Source of the DNA: the human T2T-CHM13v2.0 reference genome, Homo sapiens
DNA length: 64,000 bases
Assembly: GCF_009914755.1 (NCBI RefSeq)
Contig: NC_060925.1
Direction: 5' to 3' (one strand)
In this document: one piece after another, positions 21,830 through 37,952 of the stretch
How the letters are laid out: every line of letters starts with the position of its first letter
How positions within the stretch are numbered: position 1 is the stretch's first letter
The notes under the pieces: generated by a model
Told to the model about the DNA's origin: nothing
The model's database searches: none
What the model saw: the letters and a program-made list of their open reading frames with translations, nothing else
Program-made: the position numbers and the translations under genes

Positions 21830-22900
21830 GCGGAGACGCTGGGGATAGTGCAGACCCGGAGGCGACACTAGAGGCAGGCTCTGGTTGTGTCCCGCCTGGA
21901 CAAAAGCCTCCGGACCTACCTGTTCCCGTCCGCCTGCGCCCCTCGAGGGCCTTTCCTCCTGGCTGGGGGGCAGCGCAGCCCCCTGGGGACCCTCGGGGCG
22001 GCCCCATGCCCTGCCGCCTGCAGGGCGGCCTGCCGGGCGCCCTCACCTCCACCAGCGGATAGGCGATCTCGTTGTAGATCTGCTCGGTGACGTGGTCCAC
22101 GTGGTAGGCGCCGTCGAAGGTGAACTGCTTGGGCGGCTCGTCGGCGGCGCCCGGGTTCTGGATGCAGCACTGGGCGCGCGCGCAGTCCACAGTCACCACG
22201 GGCTGGCAGCGCAGCTCTCGCTCCCGCTGGTTCATGGGGCGGCAGCGCACGACAACCTTCACCGCCTCGGAGGCCATGGCGCCGCGCCCAGGACCACCGG
22301 GACCAGAGCTGACCCCCGCCCCGCCGGGGACTCCCAGCAGCCCGGGCCAAGGGGCGGGGCCAGCGCCGGCCACGGGGGGCGGGGCCTTGAGGCAGGGGCG
22401 GGGCCGCGGCGGGGGGCGGGGACCCCTCGGGGGGCGCCCCGAGGGGAGCTGGGCGTCGCAGGACCCGAGCCGGGGCCGCCGCTTCCTCCCGCGCCCGGGC
22501 TCGCCCGTTTCTGAGGCCCGGCCCGAGCGGGGACGTGGGGGATCCGCGCTGCAGGCGCCGCCGCAGAACCCGAGCCCGGAGCCGCCCCAGCCGCCTGCCC
22601 GCAAGCTCACCGCCGCGGCGTTCGCGGTTGCTGGGCAACGCCCGTGGCGTCACAAGAGCGGCCCCGGGAACGCCCCGCCTGGCCCGCGAGCTTCGCCCGA
22701 GTGATCCCCGGGCAGCCACGCGCGGCCGCTTGCGGGAAGCGCCAGCCCTGGCTGGGCTCCTTTCGCGTCCGCTGCCTTCTCGAATCCGCACAGTCCCAGT
22801 TCAGAGATGTTACGCAGCTTGCCCGAGGCTGCGGCTAAGACTGGGGCCCGGGGCCCCAGGCTTGACTCCACCTCGGGGCTACAGAGATCCCAGGCCTCAG
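21830..22900 (-). promoter_or_regulatory. KIF17: KIF17 CpG-island promoter and 5'UTR with GC boxes, an RFX X-box and a CRE half-site
   Basis: Very GC/CpG-rich stretch spanning exon 1; repeated GGGGCGGGG; GTTGCTGGGCAAC at 22627-22639; CGTCA at 22648-22652. Confidence 0.88.
22047..22277 (-). CDS. KIF17: KIF17 coding exon 1 (aa 1-77, start of kinesin motor domain)
   Basis: GCCATGG Kozak start at 22277; [19 protein letters not shown]...KQFTFDGAY...YPLVE; donor GAG|GTGAG; 231 nt. Confidence 0.98.
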
Positions 22901-23016
22901 GCACGGGCCAGGGACCTAGGAAAAGCGGCAAGGACCTGTTGCCCCTTATCCACGTCCCCGTACTGGCTCAGGGAAAGGCTGCCCACCACCCACAGCCCCT
23001 GGACAGCTTCCTCTCA

Positions 23017-23226
<210 letters not shown>

Positions 23227-23229
23227 TCA

Positions 23230-23400
<171 letters not shown>

Positions 23401-24294
23401 TCAGTGCAAGTTCCCCAGCCAAAAGAGCACCTCCGTCACACCTCTGGGCGCTGGGCTCTTCCTTGCACTGAAACACTGAGTGTCGGCTACATGTCAGGCA
23501 CCGTGACAGATGTTAGGGAGACAGCCCTCCTGCATGATCTAGCTGGAGAGACAGACACAGGAAACAAAATCCCACAAACAAAATCCAGAAAACGAAAATG
23601 TAATTACAAGCTGAATAATCAGTTCCATGCAACATATCTTTTTTTGAGACAGGGTCTTGCCCTGTCACTGAGGCTGGAGTGCAATCATAGCTCACTGCTG
23701 CCTCAACCTCAGGAGGTCTCAAGCGATCCTCCTAACTCAGCCTCCCGAGTGGCTAATTTTTTGTAGAGATGGGATCTCATTTTGTTGCCCAGGCTGGTCT
23801 CCAATTTCTGGACTCAAACGATCCTCTCACCTCGGCCTCCAAAAGTGCTGGGATTACTAGCACGAATCACTGCACCCAGCCTATGGAACATCTAAAAAAG
23901 GAACCTCACTCAGCCCAGGGTGTAGGGCAGGCATCCTGAGATTGACTGGAGCTGAAATATGATGGCTGAGTGGTTAACAAGGTGAAGGGAAGGGAGGAGG
24001 AGGAGGACGCCGGTCTGGGCTGTGCGGAGGTCCTGTGGCACATTGCAGAAGCAGAAAGCAAGCCCAGGTTGCCAGTGCAGAAGGACTTGAGTCTTTTTCC
24101 TATAGATATATCCACTGAAAGTTGCAGCAGAAGAGGAACGTAAATTGATTGAGTCTCCCTGCGCAATTCCTTCTGAGCCCTTGAGGACAGGACCTCTGGT
24201 TCACCATTCAGCACCAGCTGAAGATACGTTTGGCAAAAACGAAATAGGGAAACGACAAAAACCTCACCTTTCGAAGGAAAGAAAAGTCTGTAGC

Positions 24295-26363
24295 AGACAA
24301 TCTGAAGCAACACATTTTATTTTGTTTCAAGTCCACACAGCAAGGAAAGTGGGGCTACCGAGGTGGCGCAGATTGGAACAAAGAGAAAACTGTGGTCTCT
24401 GATTAAGACATGGAGTCTGCAAACAGGGGCCAAAAACCTTGCCCTCTCTGTAACACGAGATCAATCTATGCTGGCTGGAGGGATGTTAAAGTGCTTGGTG
24501 GAGACTGGTCCCTTCAGTGTGCTAAACATGGCCCTGATAGCTTCTCCACACAGGTAATTCACCAGTAAAACCCATCCCTCACAGAGGAGAGCCTTGGCCC
24601 AAGTCTGGACCAATGACCAGGTCTTCTTAAGTGCCCATCTCTGGGCTATAATCCTAGACCCAGGACATGGCTAAACCTCTCTCTCCTTGCCAGGGAAATG
24701 TGAGGCTGGGGCCTCCCATAGAGACCAGTGGTTTGTCCAGGCTCCAGTACAGATGGCTGTAAAACAGAGTCCCAGCTTCCCACTCACTCAACATAAAACC
24801 AGTGCTGGGTTTCCAGTGAAAAGAAGTCCCAAAGGGCAGTTCCTTCTATCTTTTGTGACAGGATAGCTCACTTAACTTGCAAGGAAGTTACAAGGTCCCA
24901 GGCCAAGCCCCTCTCCTCACGGGAGGGTTGGAGGTGGGGAACACGAGGCCTGGGCCTCTGGGAGGCTGGCTTCTCACTCCCCAAGTTTGCCTCCTTTCTT
25001 TCTGCTCTGGTGGGACTGCCCAGTTCCTTCCAGGAGTCAGAAATCTGTGACTTTCAAGGCACTGAACAGTTCTGTCCCACTCCCAGACGGGGAGAGGGCA
25101 GCCCCCAGGCTCATGACGTGGCTTCTGCTTCAATAAGAGAAGTTCATGCAAAATGAACTTGTTCTATAACTGAGTTCAGTAGATTCATTATTTGTCAAGT
25201 TTGCTTACAAAGAGGGTTTGTCAGTCACTGGCAGGACCACTGCCTCACACTAGAGTCGTTTCCCTGGGTCTCCCATGGCCCGCTGAGGCCAAGCGCCCCC
25301 AGCAGGGCCCACATCAGGTCCACCTTTCGACGGTTCTGCTGTGACTGACCCCATTCCCAGTGGGGCTGGCCTGGTGAGGCAAGGTGGCCCCTGACAGCCA
25401 CGGTCAGGGCCATGCTAAGGGGAATGTCAGCATCGGACAGCCTCCCTCCCAAGGCAGCCACCAAACCACATGCGGTCGAGTTAGGAAGGGCCCTGGTCAC
25501 CCCTCTAAGCCTGCAGCTCACTGCTGGCCCCTCCCTGTCAAATGGCTAAAGGAGATGAGCTGGGGGTGGGGGTGCCCTGGTGATTCCTAGGGGGAAGGGG
25601 TGAGCCTGCGCATCCCTTCTGAGAAAGCGGGAGTCACAGCCCTGAGGTTTTGAGTGGAGACAGCATGGAGATTCTTGGCCCTGTCTGCTGGTGCGCATCC
25701 CTTTCTGCACACAGGAGTCCACCGTGCGTGAGCGTTAGGTACAGCCCTCTGTCCCTCCTGCCCTCTCTGCACCTTCCCACCCCTCCTTCACTCTCAGATA
25801 CATGTGAGAAACAGCCCTGCTCTGTCAGCCTAGATGGGGCTCATCCCCAGCCTCCTGCCCACAAGCTCCATGGAGTCATCTCTGCTCTCATAGACAGGGT
25901 GGCTCACTCCAGGTCTTTGCCCAGAGTAAAAGCTCACTCCTGCCTCCCCAAAACCCTCTTTCTGGAGACTCCCAGTCAGCGCCCCAAGGCCTAGCCTCCT
26001 TAGGAGAGGGCTGCAGCTTTGCCGTGAACAAGCTCCTGCCCCAGGAGTAAAGCAGAAGCCCAGAAGTCCCAAAGCATCCGAAGCCACACAGCAGGTCATC
26101 CGAAGCCACCCAAAGGGTTATCCGAAGCCTGCAACTCCACCTGCCCTCCTGGAATCTCAGCAGGCCACATGTTCTCCAAGAAGCCATTGGCGATACCCAC
26201 CCTCAGGGCTCCCCTCCCACGGACAGTGACGCGATGGAAGACTGCTCCAAGGGCAGGGTGACTGGATGGAACTGGCAACCAGAGGGGTGCAGGACGGGCA
26301 GAGATGCTGCTGGGGCCCAGGAGCCGGGGTGAGGCGGGGCCTGTGGGACCGGGGCCCTACCTC
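24295..26363 (-). other. SH2D5: SH2D5 3'UTR (about 2 kb); poly(A) signal AATAAA at 24316-24321
   Basis: Plus-strand tttatt at 24316-24321 followed on the minus strand by U-rich sequence; cleavage site inferred. Confidence 0.75.
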
Positions 26364-26567
<204 letters not shown>

Positions 26568-27240
26568 CTAGGGGAGGAAGGGACTTCAGCTCCAGTCCCC
26601 TTCCCCAGGGCTCACGCCAGGCACCAGCCACCCGCTCCCACAGGAGCCTGCACATTTTGGAGAGCAGGGAACGGAGCCCAGAGGCTTCACATGTGCTATC
26701 GTGGCAGAGCCAAACACCATTCCCTCTCTCTCTTCCCAGCCTGGATAGGAATGAGATGTTTAGCTTGGAAGTAAGGGTACACATGTGAAAAGCCTCGCCA
26801 CCCCCTCCCATCCCTAGAAACTGGGGGGCAGGACAAGACATCACACTGGAGACTCAGGCTGTTGAGCTTAGGCACCCCCTGCCCTCTCTGAGTCAGTTTC
26901 CTCCTCTGCTAAGATGGGCTAGGGTGTGGGAAAGCCAGGATTCCTGTAGAAATGTTAGACATGACCCCAGCTCAAGACTCTATTAGAGGTACCCTTTGAA
27001 GCCACCTCTGGAGAGAAGGGTCCTCGGTGACCAGGCACCTCCCTTCCCCTCCAAGAGCCTTCAGGTCAGAGCAGAGCGGAGTCAACAGAGGTGGGGCCAA
27101 GTGGGCCAGCTGGGGGTGAGGCCAGCAGGGCCAATGAGGAAGGAGCAGGACAGTAGAGGCAGGATGGAATTGGATGAGGGGCGAGGCCAGGGAGAGCCAA
27201 TGGGAGACAGGGATGGGGGTGAGGCACATTCAGGACCTCA

Positions 27241-27540
<300 letters not shown>

Positions 27541-28196
27541 TCATGAGGACCCCAGCAGCATCGAGGCAGCCTGCGGATTAAATGCCCTTAAACACATGGT
27601 GCGTTGGCCGGGCTCAGTGGCTCATGCCTGTAATCCCAGCACTTTGGGAGGCCCAGGCAGGAGGATCCCTTGAGCACAGGAGTTTGAGGCTGCAGTGAGC
27701 CATGACCATGCTACTGCACTTCAGCACGGGTGACAGAATGAGACCCTGTCTCTAAAATGAAATTTCAAAACAAAAGCAACAGCAAAAACCCAACATGGGG
27801 TCTGACTCAGAGTCTGGCTCAACAGAAAGAAGCTTTTAGAAGCTTAGAAGGTTTCTCCAGAGTCTGTAATTGTTAGCAATGTCAAGACTCTCTCAGGAGA
27901 GAGGCTTAAAGAGCTGACGCTTAGGGACCTCGCCCTGTTCAGGCCAGGTGCTGAGGGCTCTACTCAAATCACCTCATTTGACCCTCTCCACAGCCTTAAG
28001 ATGAAGCTCCTTTCATTAACCCCATTTTACCTTAGAGAAAATGGAGGCCCAGGGTGGTGAAGTCCCAGGCCTGAGGTCACTGAGGTTGGGAGCGCTCTGC
28101 CCGTGCACGGGAGTGTGTGCCTCAGGGGCCTGGGAAGCCCATATTTCTCTGCCCACCCCAAGGGACTGGGCGTCAGGCCAGGCCAGGCCCTTCCTA

Positions 28197-28373
<177 letters not shown>

Positions 28374-28535
28374 TCATCACCCAGGGTGGTGTCCTCCCCA
28401 AGCCTCTCTACCCTGCTCAGCAGACATATCTGCACACGGGCCTTCCGCCCGACAGTTCTGGTCCATACACGGCTGTACACAGTCCCCTTTGCACAGACAC
28501 GGATGCAGGCAAACACACACAGTGCACAGGCATCA

Positions 28536-28823
<288 letters not shown>

Positions 28824-28826
28824 CTA

Positions 28827-29351
<525 letters not shown>

Positions 29352-30479
29352 TTACCCTTCAAAACCTCACCACCATGCAGGCTCCCTTACCAGCTTCCTT
29401 TATATATTTAACAAACACTGAGGACCTACTGTGGTCCAGGCATCACGCTTGGAGCAGAGAATGGAAGCGTGAGCTCATGCACTCCTGCCCCCAGGCTTAC
29501 CAGCCCCAACCTGCATGCCACATCAGCGCCCTCTTCCAGGAATGGCCAAGAGCCCAGGTCCTGAAGTCAGAACTTGGGTTCCAATCCTGGCTCTGTCATG
29601 TAGGAGCTGCTGTGTGACCCTGGGCAGAGCATGGCACCTCTCTGTGCCTCGGTTTCCTCATCCCCACCTCCCTGTGCCCCTTTGAGGAGTCAGTGAAATA
29701 GAGCACAGGAAGTTCCCAGCACAGGCCCAGTGCTTGTCGGGAGCAGCGCATCCCAACCGCCACACACACCATCCAGACCCAACGAGTTAGAACCGTGAGC
29801 GTCAGCTCAAGGAACATGACTCAGCCACGTGTCACCCCAGTATCCAGCACATGGCCTGGATATACAGGATGACAGCAAATGGTTGCTGGTCAGAACCAAA
29901 CCCAGCGTCTGCCTGCCAAGCGCCTAGCTGCCAAGGCTCTGTCCTTCACAACAGCCAGGCTGGCTTTGACTTTCTGATCTACCCGCCCACCCCGACCGCT
30001 CTGGGCCAAGCACTCTCTCAAGACCTGGACCCAGACTCGGCTCTCAAAGAACTCAGGTGCCTGTAATTAGGGCAGACGATGGTAGCGTGCAGTTCATGTC
30101 ACAGGACCCCAGAGAGAGTGGCCATCCAGAGGAGTCAAGGCGGGGTTCAGACACATGGGCTGAGCCTTGAAGAGTGAGTGGAATGTGCTAGGATGAGAAG
30201 GGGAGGGGATGCCAGACAGAACGGCATGAGCGAAGGCCTGGAGGTGTGACTCTCCACTCTCTAAGCGCGTGGCCAGATTCCCGCCCCTGGGCCCTAGGGA
30301 ATGCTGAGGCCACTGACTTGCTTTGTGGTGTCCTCAGTGGGAAGAGCCACAGAAAGAGCCAATGTGGTGAGGGGTGCATGCCTGGAGGGGGATCAGGCCG
30401 CCCTGGCAAAGCCCTCAAGGAACCCACCCTGATGCCTGGCGCACAGCCCCTCCGGCCTCCGTGGCGGTCCCCTGCCTCA

Positions 30480-30911
<432 letters not shown>

Positions 30912-31482
30912 TCATTTGTGTGACTTGGGCAGGTGAGGGCAGTCCTCTGAGCGCCTGTTGTGACGTGTCAGGTAGGGAGATATGAGGGCCTCTCGATAGG
31001 GCTGTAGGTGGGGATCAGTGGGACCTCATGTGAGTGGCACAGGACCTGACCCCAGGGCCCCGCAATGCCCAGCTCTGGGGACACCAGGTGTGCCTCAGTG
31101 GTAGGCGACTGATGCCTGCAGCTGTGGGGTACAGTCTGGCGCGCAATCAGTGTCCGCCCCACGCTGGTTCAGCAGCAGGACGAGCCTGCAGCAGGGCAGG
31201 GAGGAGGAGCAGTGGCCAGGAGCAGCCTACCGCACCTGGGTGAAGCTGCCCACGGCCCACCAGCCAGGGCGGGGCAGGGCAGCTGCGAGAGCCTCAGTGG
31301 GCTGGATGTTCCTGATGCTCAGGTGGGGAGGTGGCCCCAGAGGGATTCTGGAGGCCCAGGGGTGGGAAGCTGTGGCCTGAGCCAGCCCTGGGAGGAGGCG
31401 GCCCCTGGTGCAAATCCAAAGGCCCAGAGCAGGTAGGCTGGCGCGCCAGGGGGACCCCAGGGGAAGCACGGGGGCCGAGCTA

Positions 31483-31830
<348 letters not shown>

Positions 31831-32031
31831 CTAGCTAGGGCCACCGCTGGCCAGGCTGTGACTATCACCCACATCTCCATCTGTGGCTTCCAGCTGTGGG
31901 GCCCAGGTCACAGTAGCCCAGGGCATAAGGGATGGGGCCCCTGGAGCCTGGGTGTGTGTCCTGACTAGCCCACCACAAACAGGGCCTGTGTCCTGCCCCT
32001 CTCTAACTGTGGGGAGAGTGGATCTGGTCTA

Positions 32032-32352
<321 letters not shown>

Positions 32353-32445
32353 TCACTGAAGCTCTCTGAAGTCCCAGTCCCTCATCGGGGCACACACACA
32401 CTCCCCAGCCCAAGTCAGGCAAGAAAGAGGTGGAAATAGGTCCTA

Positions 32446-32727
<282 letters not shown>

Positions 32728-35700
32728 TCATTCACTGGTTCCTGAGCAGCTGCTATGTGTGCAGCACGGCTGCGCAATGTCCCGGGCCCTGGGGAGCCAG
32801 CCCGGAAGAAAATGATGACGTCTCTGACTGCCCTCAGGGAGCTTACTTACATTGTTGCTGGGGAGAAAGACATTGAACTAAATAGTAAGATAGATCATAC
32901 GTGAGATGGGGATGGAGCAGGGAGGAGAATGGGAAACGTCAGCTTAAGGGCTGACTGTTGCTGGGAAGCCCTCACTGAGGAGGGGAGGTCTGGGTCAAGA
33001 TCTGAAGGGTGTGGCGGTACATGCCCAGGGTCACTCAAAAACTCAGCAAGCACTGAGGATCCTGGTGTTCTGGGCTGGGGCCTGCCCCAGGGGCTGGTTA
33101 CAGGAAGACCTGTAACCAGATTGCACAAAGTGCCAGAGGGAAGGGAGGGCCACCTGAGAGGGCGCCATCAAAGAGAAGGGCAGTGACAGCGGCAGAAACA
33201 GAGACTGCAAAGACACAAAGGAAGGCAGGCAGTGGGGGCCCGCAGGCCGACCTCAGCCCTTATCAGAAGGGCAGGCTGGATCCAGTTTGGGATCAGCCTT
33301 AGACGCCAGGCTCAGGAATTCAGACCCCACCCTGTGGGTAGTGGGGAGCTATAGCAGGTTCTAGGGCAGGAGCTCTGTAGTTCATGAAGGTGGCTGCAAG
33401 CTGGATGGCCAGAGCTGATGAGGCCAGGGACCTGCTGCATGGGACCCTGCCTCACTCAGCCCAAACAGACCCCAGCCCCTTCCTGAACCCCCCAACCCCT
33501 TGCAGATCATGAAAACCAGAACTCAGTCAGACAGTGCGCTGATGCAGACAGGATGTGGGGAAGGAGGACAACTGCCCTGGGGGCTGAGGACCACCCCCCA
33601 CCGTCCAGCCCAGCCAGGTTCTGGTCTTTCCTGGGACCCCTCTCCCACATCCAGTCGTGGAAGAGAGGAGTGGACCCCCCTTAGGTGACTGTCCTCAAGG
33701 GCAGGGAACACACTATTTCCCATGAGAGCCCAGGACACAGCTGGTGTTCAATTAATGTGGAATTAACATATCATGGCCCCATGATTCCAAGAAAGAATGG
33801 CTAAATGCCTCTGGCGAGGTCCCCCAGGACTCAGCTCCCTCGGTCTCTCCTGGGACCAGTGAGAAAGCCACCTCTGTGTCCTACCCTGGCTGGCTTCACT
33901 CACCAGCCTGCTTGTCATCACTGACTTGGGATCAGAGAGTCCTGGGTCCAAATCCTGTGTGACTTTGGGCCAGCTGCCTCAACCCTCTGAGCCTCCCCTT
34001 CCTCATCTGCAAACCTGGGATCATGTGAGGAGTAGATGGGGACAGAATGGAGGAGGCAGCGCCCAGCCCGACGCCAGCCAGGCTTGGATCCAAAGCTCAA
34101 CAAAGCCTGCTGCTCAGGAGGGAGCTTGGGAGGACAGCGGGGTCTGACCACTTCTGCTCCCCTCCTTGTCCTTGGCCACACCGACAGGCGCCCACAGAGA
34201 GCAGGTATCCAACAGAGCCCTGGGCAGCAACGACGGGTCCCGGGTGTGCTCCCACTCAAGGAGGAGGGCTGGGGTGCTTTGGAACTGACTCTGTTAGCAC
34301 CAAGAGCCCGGGAAGGGACCCTGTCTCTGCCTGCCCATGACCTTTAACCTCAGGCTCAGGCCAGGGTGGAGGTGCCTGCACCGATCCACTTTCAGTGAGC
34401 AGCCAGGAGCCAGAAAAAAAATGCTGCACCTGCACCATCCCCTTGAGAATTCCTGGCGCCCCCTCCTATCCTGGCTGCCCTCCTGCTTTTCTGGGCTATT
34501 GCACCCGGATCATTTTCATGTCATATCCTTTACCTACTGTATCTTTTATGTTTAAATAAAGCAAAGTTACATGTGCAACCGGCACTAAAGCCACATGACA
34601 TTGCTTCCAGGTAAGGAGGTGGGGAGGGGGGCTTCCAGTGAAGCCGCCTTTCAACTTCACAGTCACATCCTGGGGCCAGGATCGGCCAGGATGGCGGGCA
34701 GTGGGGAGGGAGGAGGCAAAGACCACAAAACACGGAGAAAAGGAGAGGGAAGGTACGGACGATGGAGGGGTGGCCGGGGACAGAGGCAGGAACAGAGAAG
34801 GGCGAGAAAGACAAAGCAAAAGAGAGAAAGAAGAGCTGTGGGGAGGAGAGGGGAAGGGCACGTTTCCCATCCTGCTCGGGGGGGGGACGCAGCCCCTCAG
34901 GCACCAAGTGTGAGATGGGGAGGAGCCGTGCGGGCATCTCACACTCACACGCGCACACAGCTGTGTCCAGGGCTGCTGCAGTCCCTCCCTCCACACCCAA
35001 AGCTGCAGCTTTCAGCGTCCCCAGTGTCCCAGCGGTGGGGGTGCAGAGGCCAACCACTGGCCCTCTTAGGGGCCCCAGCCCACCCACCATCACCTGATCC
35101 TTTCCCCATCTCCCTGGTCCTTAGCCTCCTTGGAAACTGGAAGTTCCTCCCTCCTTCCTAAGCCTGAGGAGCACAGTGCATTCAGCCCAGGCCTGGAGTT
35201 GGGGTGGGGGGCTCCCGGGGGACCAGGGAGGGCATGGAGCTCACTCTAATCCTGGAAACAGACATTACCCAATTCCAGGCACAAAACACCCACTTGTCTC
35301 TTTGGGGCAGACCTGCTTTTCTGAGGCTTTACACTGGAGTCTGGCTGGGCCAGCACCTTCCGAAGGGGACACACTTGGAATGAGGCTGGAGCTGTCCTCT
35401 GAGGTTTTCCAGGTGGCCCTGCTCAGAGACAGGAGACTGGATGGGCTGACCTGCCTCGTGGGTCAGGCGCAGAAGCCCTCTGGGGCACTGCACCATAGCT
35501 GAGTTGTGTCAGGGGGAGACCACCAGCCCGCAGACCCTGGGTCAGCAAAGGGTGGCTCAGAGGAGTGAAGTCACTTGCCCATAGTCACACAGCTTCAGTG
35601 GGAGAGCAGGGAAGCAAATCCATGTATCTGGAGCTGTTTCCTCAGGCCATGGCGGTGCCTTTCTGCTCGGACTCCCCTCCCACAGATAAGTAGGGTGTCC

Positions 35701-36049
35701 ACTCTTGGAGTTTGGTGGGGGTCCCTGCCAGTCCACGAGGAGGTGAGGCAAGGAAGCCGCTGGCTGGCGAACTCAGGTGCTGCCTCCTGGCCGGAGGGTC
35801 TGGGGCTGCCAGAGCGCCCAGTCTACTCCCACTGCCCCAACACGCGTCCACCTGCCCTGGGTCACAGGGTCGGGAAAACCCAAGGCCACCCAGCCAGGGG
35901 TCAAGAACTTAGATTGTGGGGTCTAACATGGTTGGCTGGCGTGACCTTGGGCAAGTCACTTAAGCTCTCAGCCTCCAGGTCCTCAGCTGTAGGGTGGGGA
36001 TCCCCCAGCACTACCTCCTGGGGTGCTCGTAGCTCTGGTCCTTCTTGGA

Positions 36050-37450
36050 ATGTTTCCGAGGCTGACTGTGTGTCAGGCCCCGCCGCCGGTGGACGAAGGT
36101 GCCCGCCCTCTGGGGGCACCCAGCTGGGGTGGTGGAGGCGGCATGGGGGGTAAAGTGATGAGAAGAGAACAGCGGGGTGAGGAGAAGGCGAGGTGCGTGC
36201 GTGTGCTGGGGGTGCTGCTTCACGGCCTCTCGAAACAGGCGACACGGGAGCGGGAAGCGCTGTTCCAGGGGCGGGTGGGCCGAGGCCCCTGAGGGGCGGG
36301 CGCGGGGGTGCGAAGCGCTCCAGAGTGGGCTGCCGGTCCCGCTGCGCTACCTCGCTCGGGGCGCTGCGGGGAACGGCCAGGGGCCCCGGCAGAGTCCCCG
36401 GACCCAGGAGCGTGCTGGGCTCCGCTGCAGGGGACGGAGGAGGCTACAGTGGCAGGGAGGGCAGATGACGACGGAGCGGGTGACGGGCGCCCCTCACTCC
36501 CGAGACCCTCCCGCGCCCGTGTCAGCGTACCAAGCCCCCCGCCCCTGCCCGGCTCCCGGCGCTCGCTCACCGCCTCTCGAGTCCGGTCCCGGCCGCTCCG
36601 GCCCGCGACCCCCGCGTCTCCCGCCGCCGCAGCCCCGCGCCTGGGTGCCCGCTTCCCGCCGCCCCCGACCCCGGTCCCCGCGCCCCCACACGTGGCCGCG
36701 GGAACCGACCCCCGGATCACCTGGCGGCGGCGACCCGCCTCACTCACCAATCGGCGCCCGCGGAGCCGCTCCGCTCGGCCGCACCACCCAATCAGCGGCC
36801 GCGAGGGGCCCTGGCACTGCCCACGCCCGGCGCTCCGCCTGGAAGGGCGGGAGGGGCTCGCCCGGAGCTCAGAAGGCACCTCCTCCCGGGCTGGGGGCGC
36901 TGAATCCCCCGCGCCTCACTCACGGGTCCCTCCTCCTGGAGGGCCTCTGCCCCTCCCCTCTCTGGCTGGCTCCTCCGCGTCATCCGAGCCGCGGCTACCG
37001 CACCGCCTCCTCCGGGAAGCCTTCCACGACCACCACTCACGCTTCATTCTCTGCAGAGCCCTTGTGACTCCGTTGCTCGCCTGTCATCCCTCTCCTCTTA
37101 CTCGAGGACAAGTGACACTGGACCGGAGTGTCTCCGTTCCCAGTGTGAAGGATCGAGCCTGGCTCGGAGGAGGCGCTCAGGGTGGTTCGGGCCCGGCCCT
37201 TGTGAGTGGAGGGTCGTTGCGCATCCTCCTCCTCACTTTCTTCCTGCCGGGACGTTCTCAGCCGGGAACTGACAGATCCTGCTTAGCCCGGGGCCCAGCA
37301 CTGAGAAATCTGGGAAGGAACGTTGCTCACCGCACATGGGCCGTGGCCCCATCCTTCGGGCCCTTTAGGTGGGGAATCGGGCTAGCAGCTCCAGCCACGG
37401 CACTGGGACGGGGAGCGCTATCGTCCCAGGAGACCGGGCGATGAGCCAAG
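36050..37450 (-). promoter_or_regulatory. SH2D5: SH2D5 CpG-island promoter with non-coding first exon (likely donor at 36748)
   Basis: CpG-dense; consensus donor TTG|GTGAGT at 36748/36747; CCAAT boxes at 36747 and 36788. Confidence 0.78.
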
Positions 37451-37952
37451 GCTGCTGTGTATCCAACCTGACATCTGCAGGAAACCCCCCCGGAACCTGC
37501 CCATGCACCACACCACAGAGAAACCAGGACACAGGGGCTCAGGGCCAGTGGGGGCGCAAAGGCTGCAGACCGGGAGCGGGGCACCCTGACAGGTGGGCAC
37601 AGCGCAGAGGGCCTGAGGGCCCCTGGAGTTCCAGGGGAGGCGGGTTTGCGCCAAGAGGCCATGCTGGCCACTCCTCCTCAGGGGATCTGGAAACCCAGAG
37701 GCAGCAGTGAGGCGTGGCCCCAAATCTGGGCTCTTCTTCTTACAAACGTGGGGCTTTGGGCAAACGCCTTCATCACTTTCATTCTTTGAGCGCCTCGTGT
37801 GGAAAGGAGAGTTACTAACGCCTGACTCACAGCCACGTGAGGATTCCAACGAGCAAAGTGCGTAGCGCAGTACCTGACCCACAGGAAGTGAGGCACCCAA
37901 TAAATATTAGCTGACATTAGACCTTACTTTTAGTCTTGATTTTCTTTTGTAT

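Noticed and set aside
24207-25445. Possible REST/RE1 sites (TTCAGCACC at about 24207; TCAGCATCGGACAG at about 25427)
   Set aside because: Only a half-site, or wrong half-site spacing
36177-37444. 296-aa and 378-aa plus-strand ORFs
   Set aside because: CpG-island artefacts with non-ATG starts and no recognisable domain
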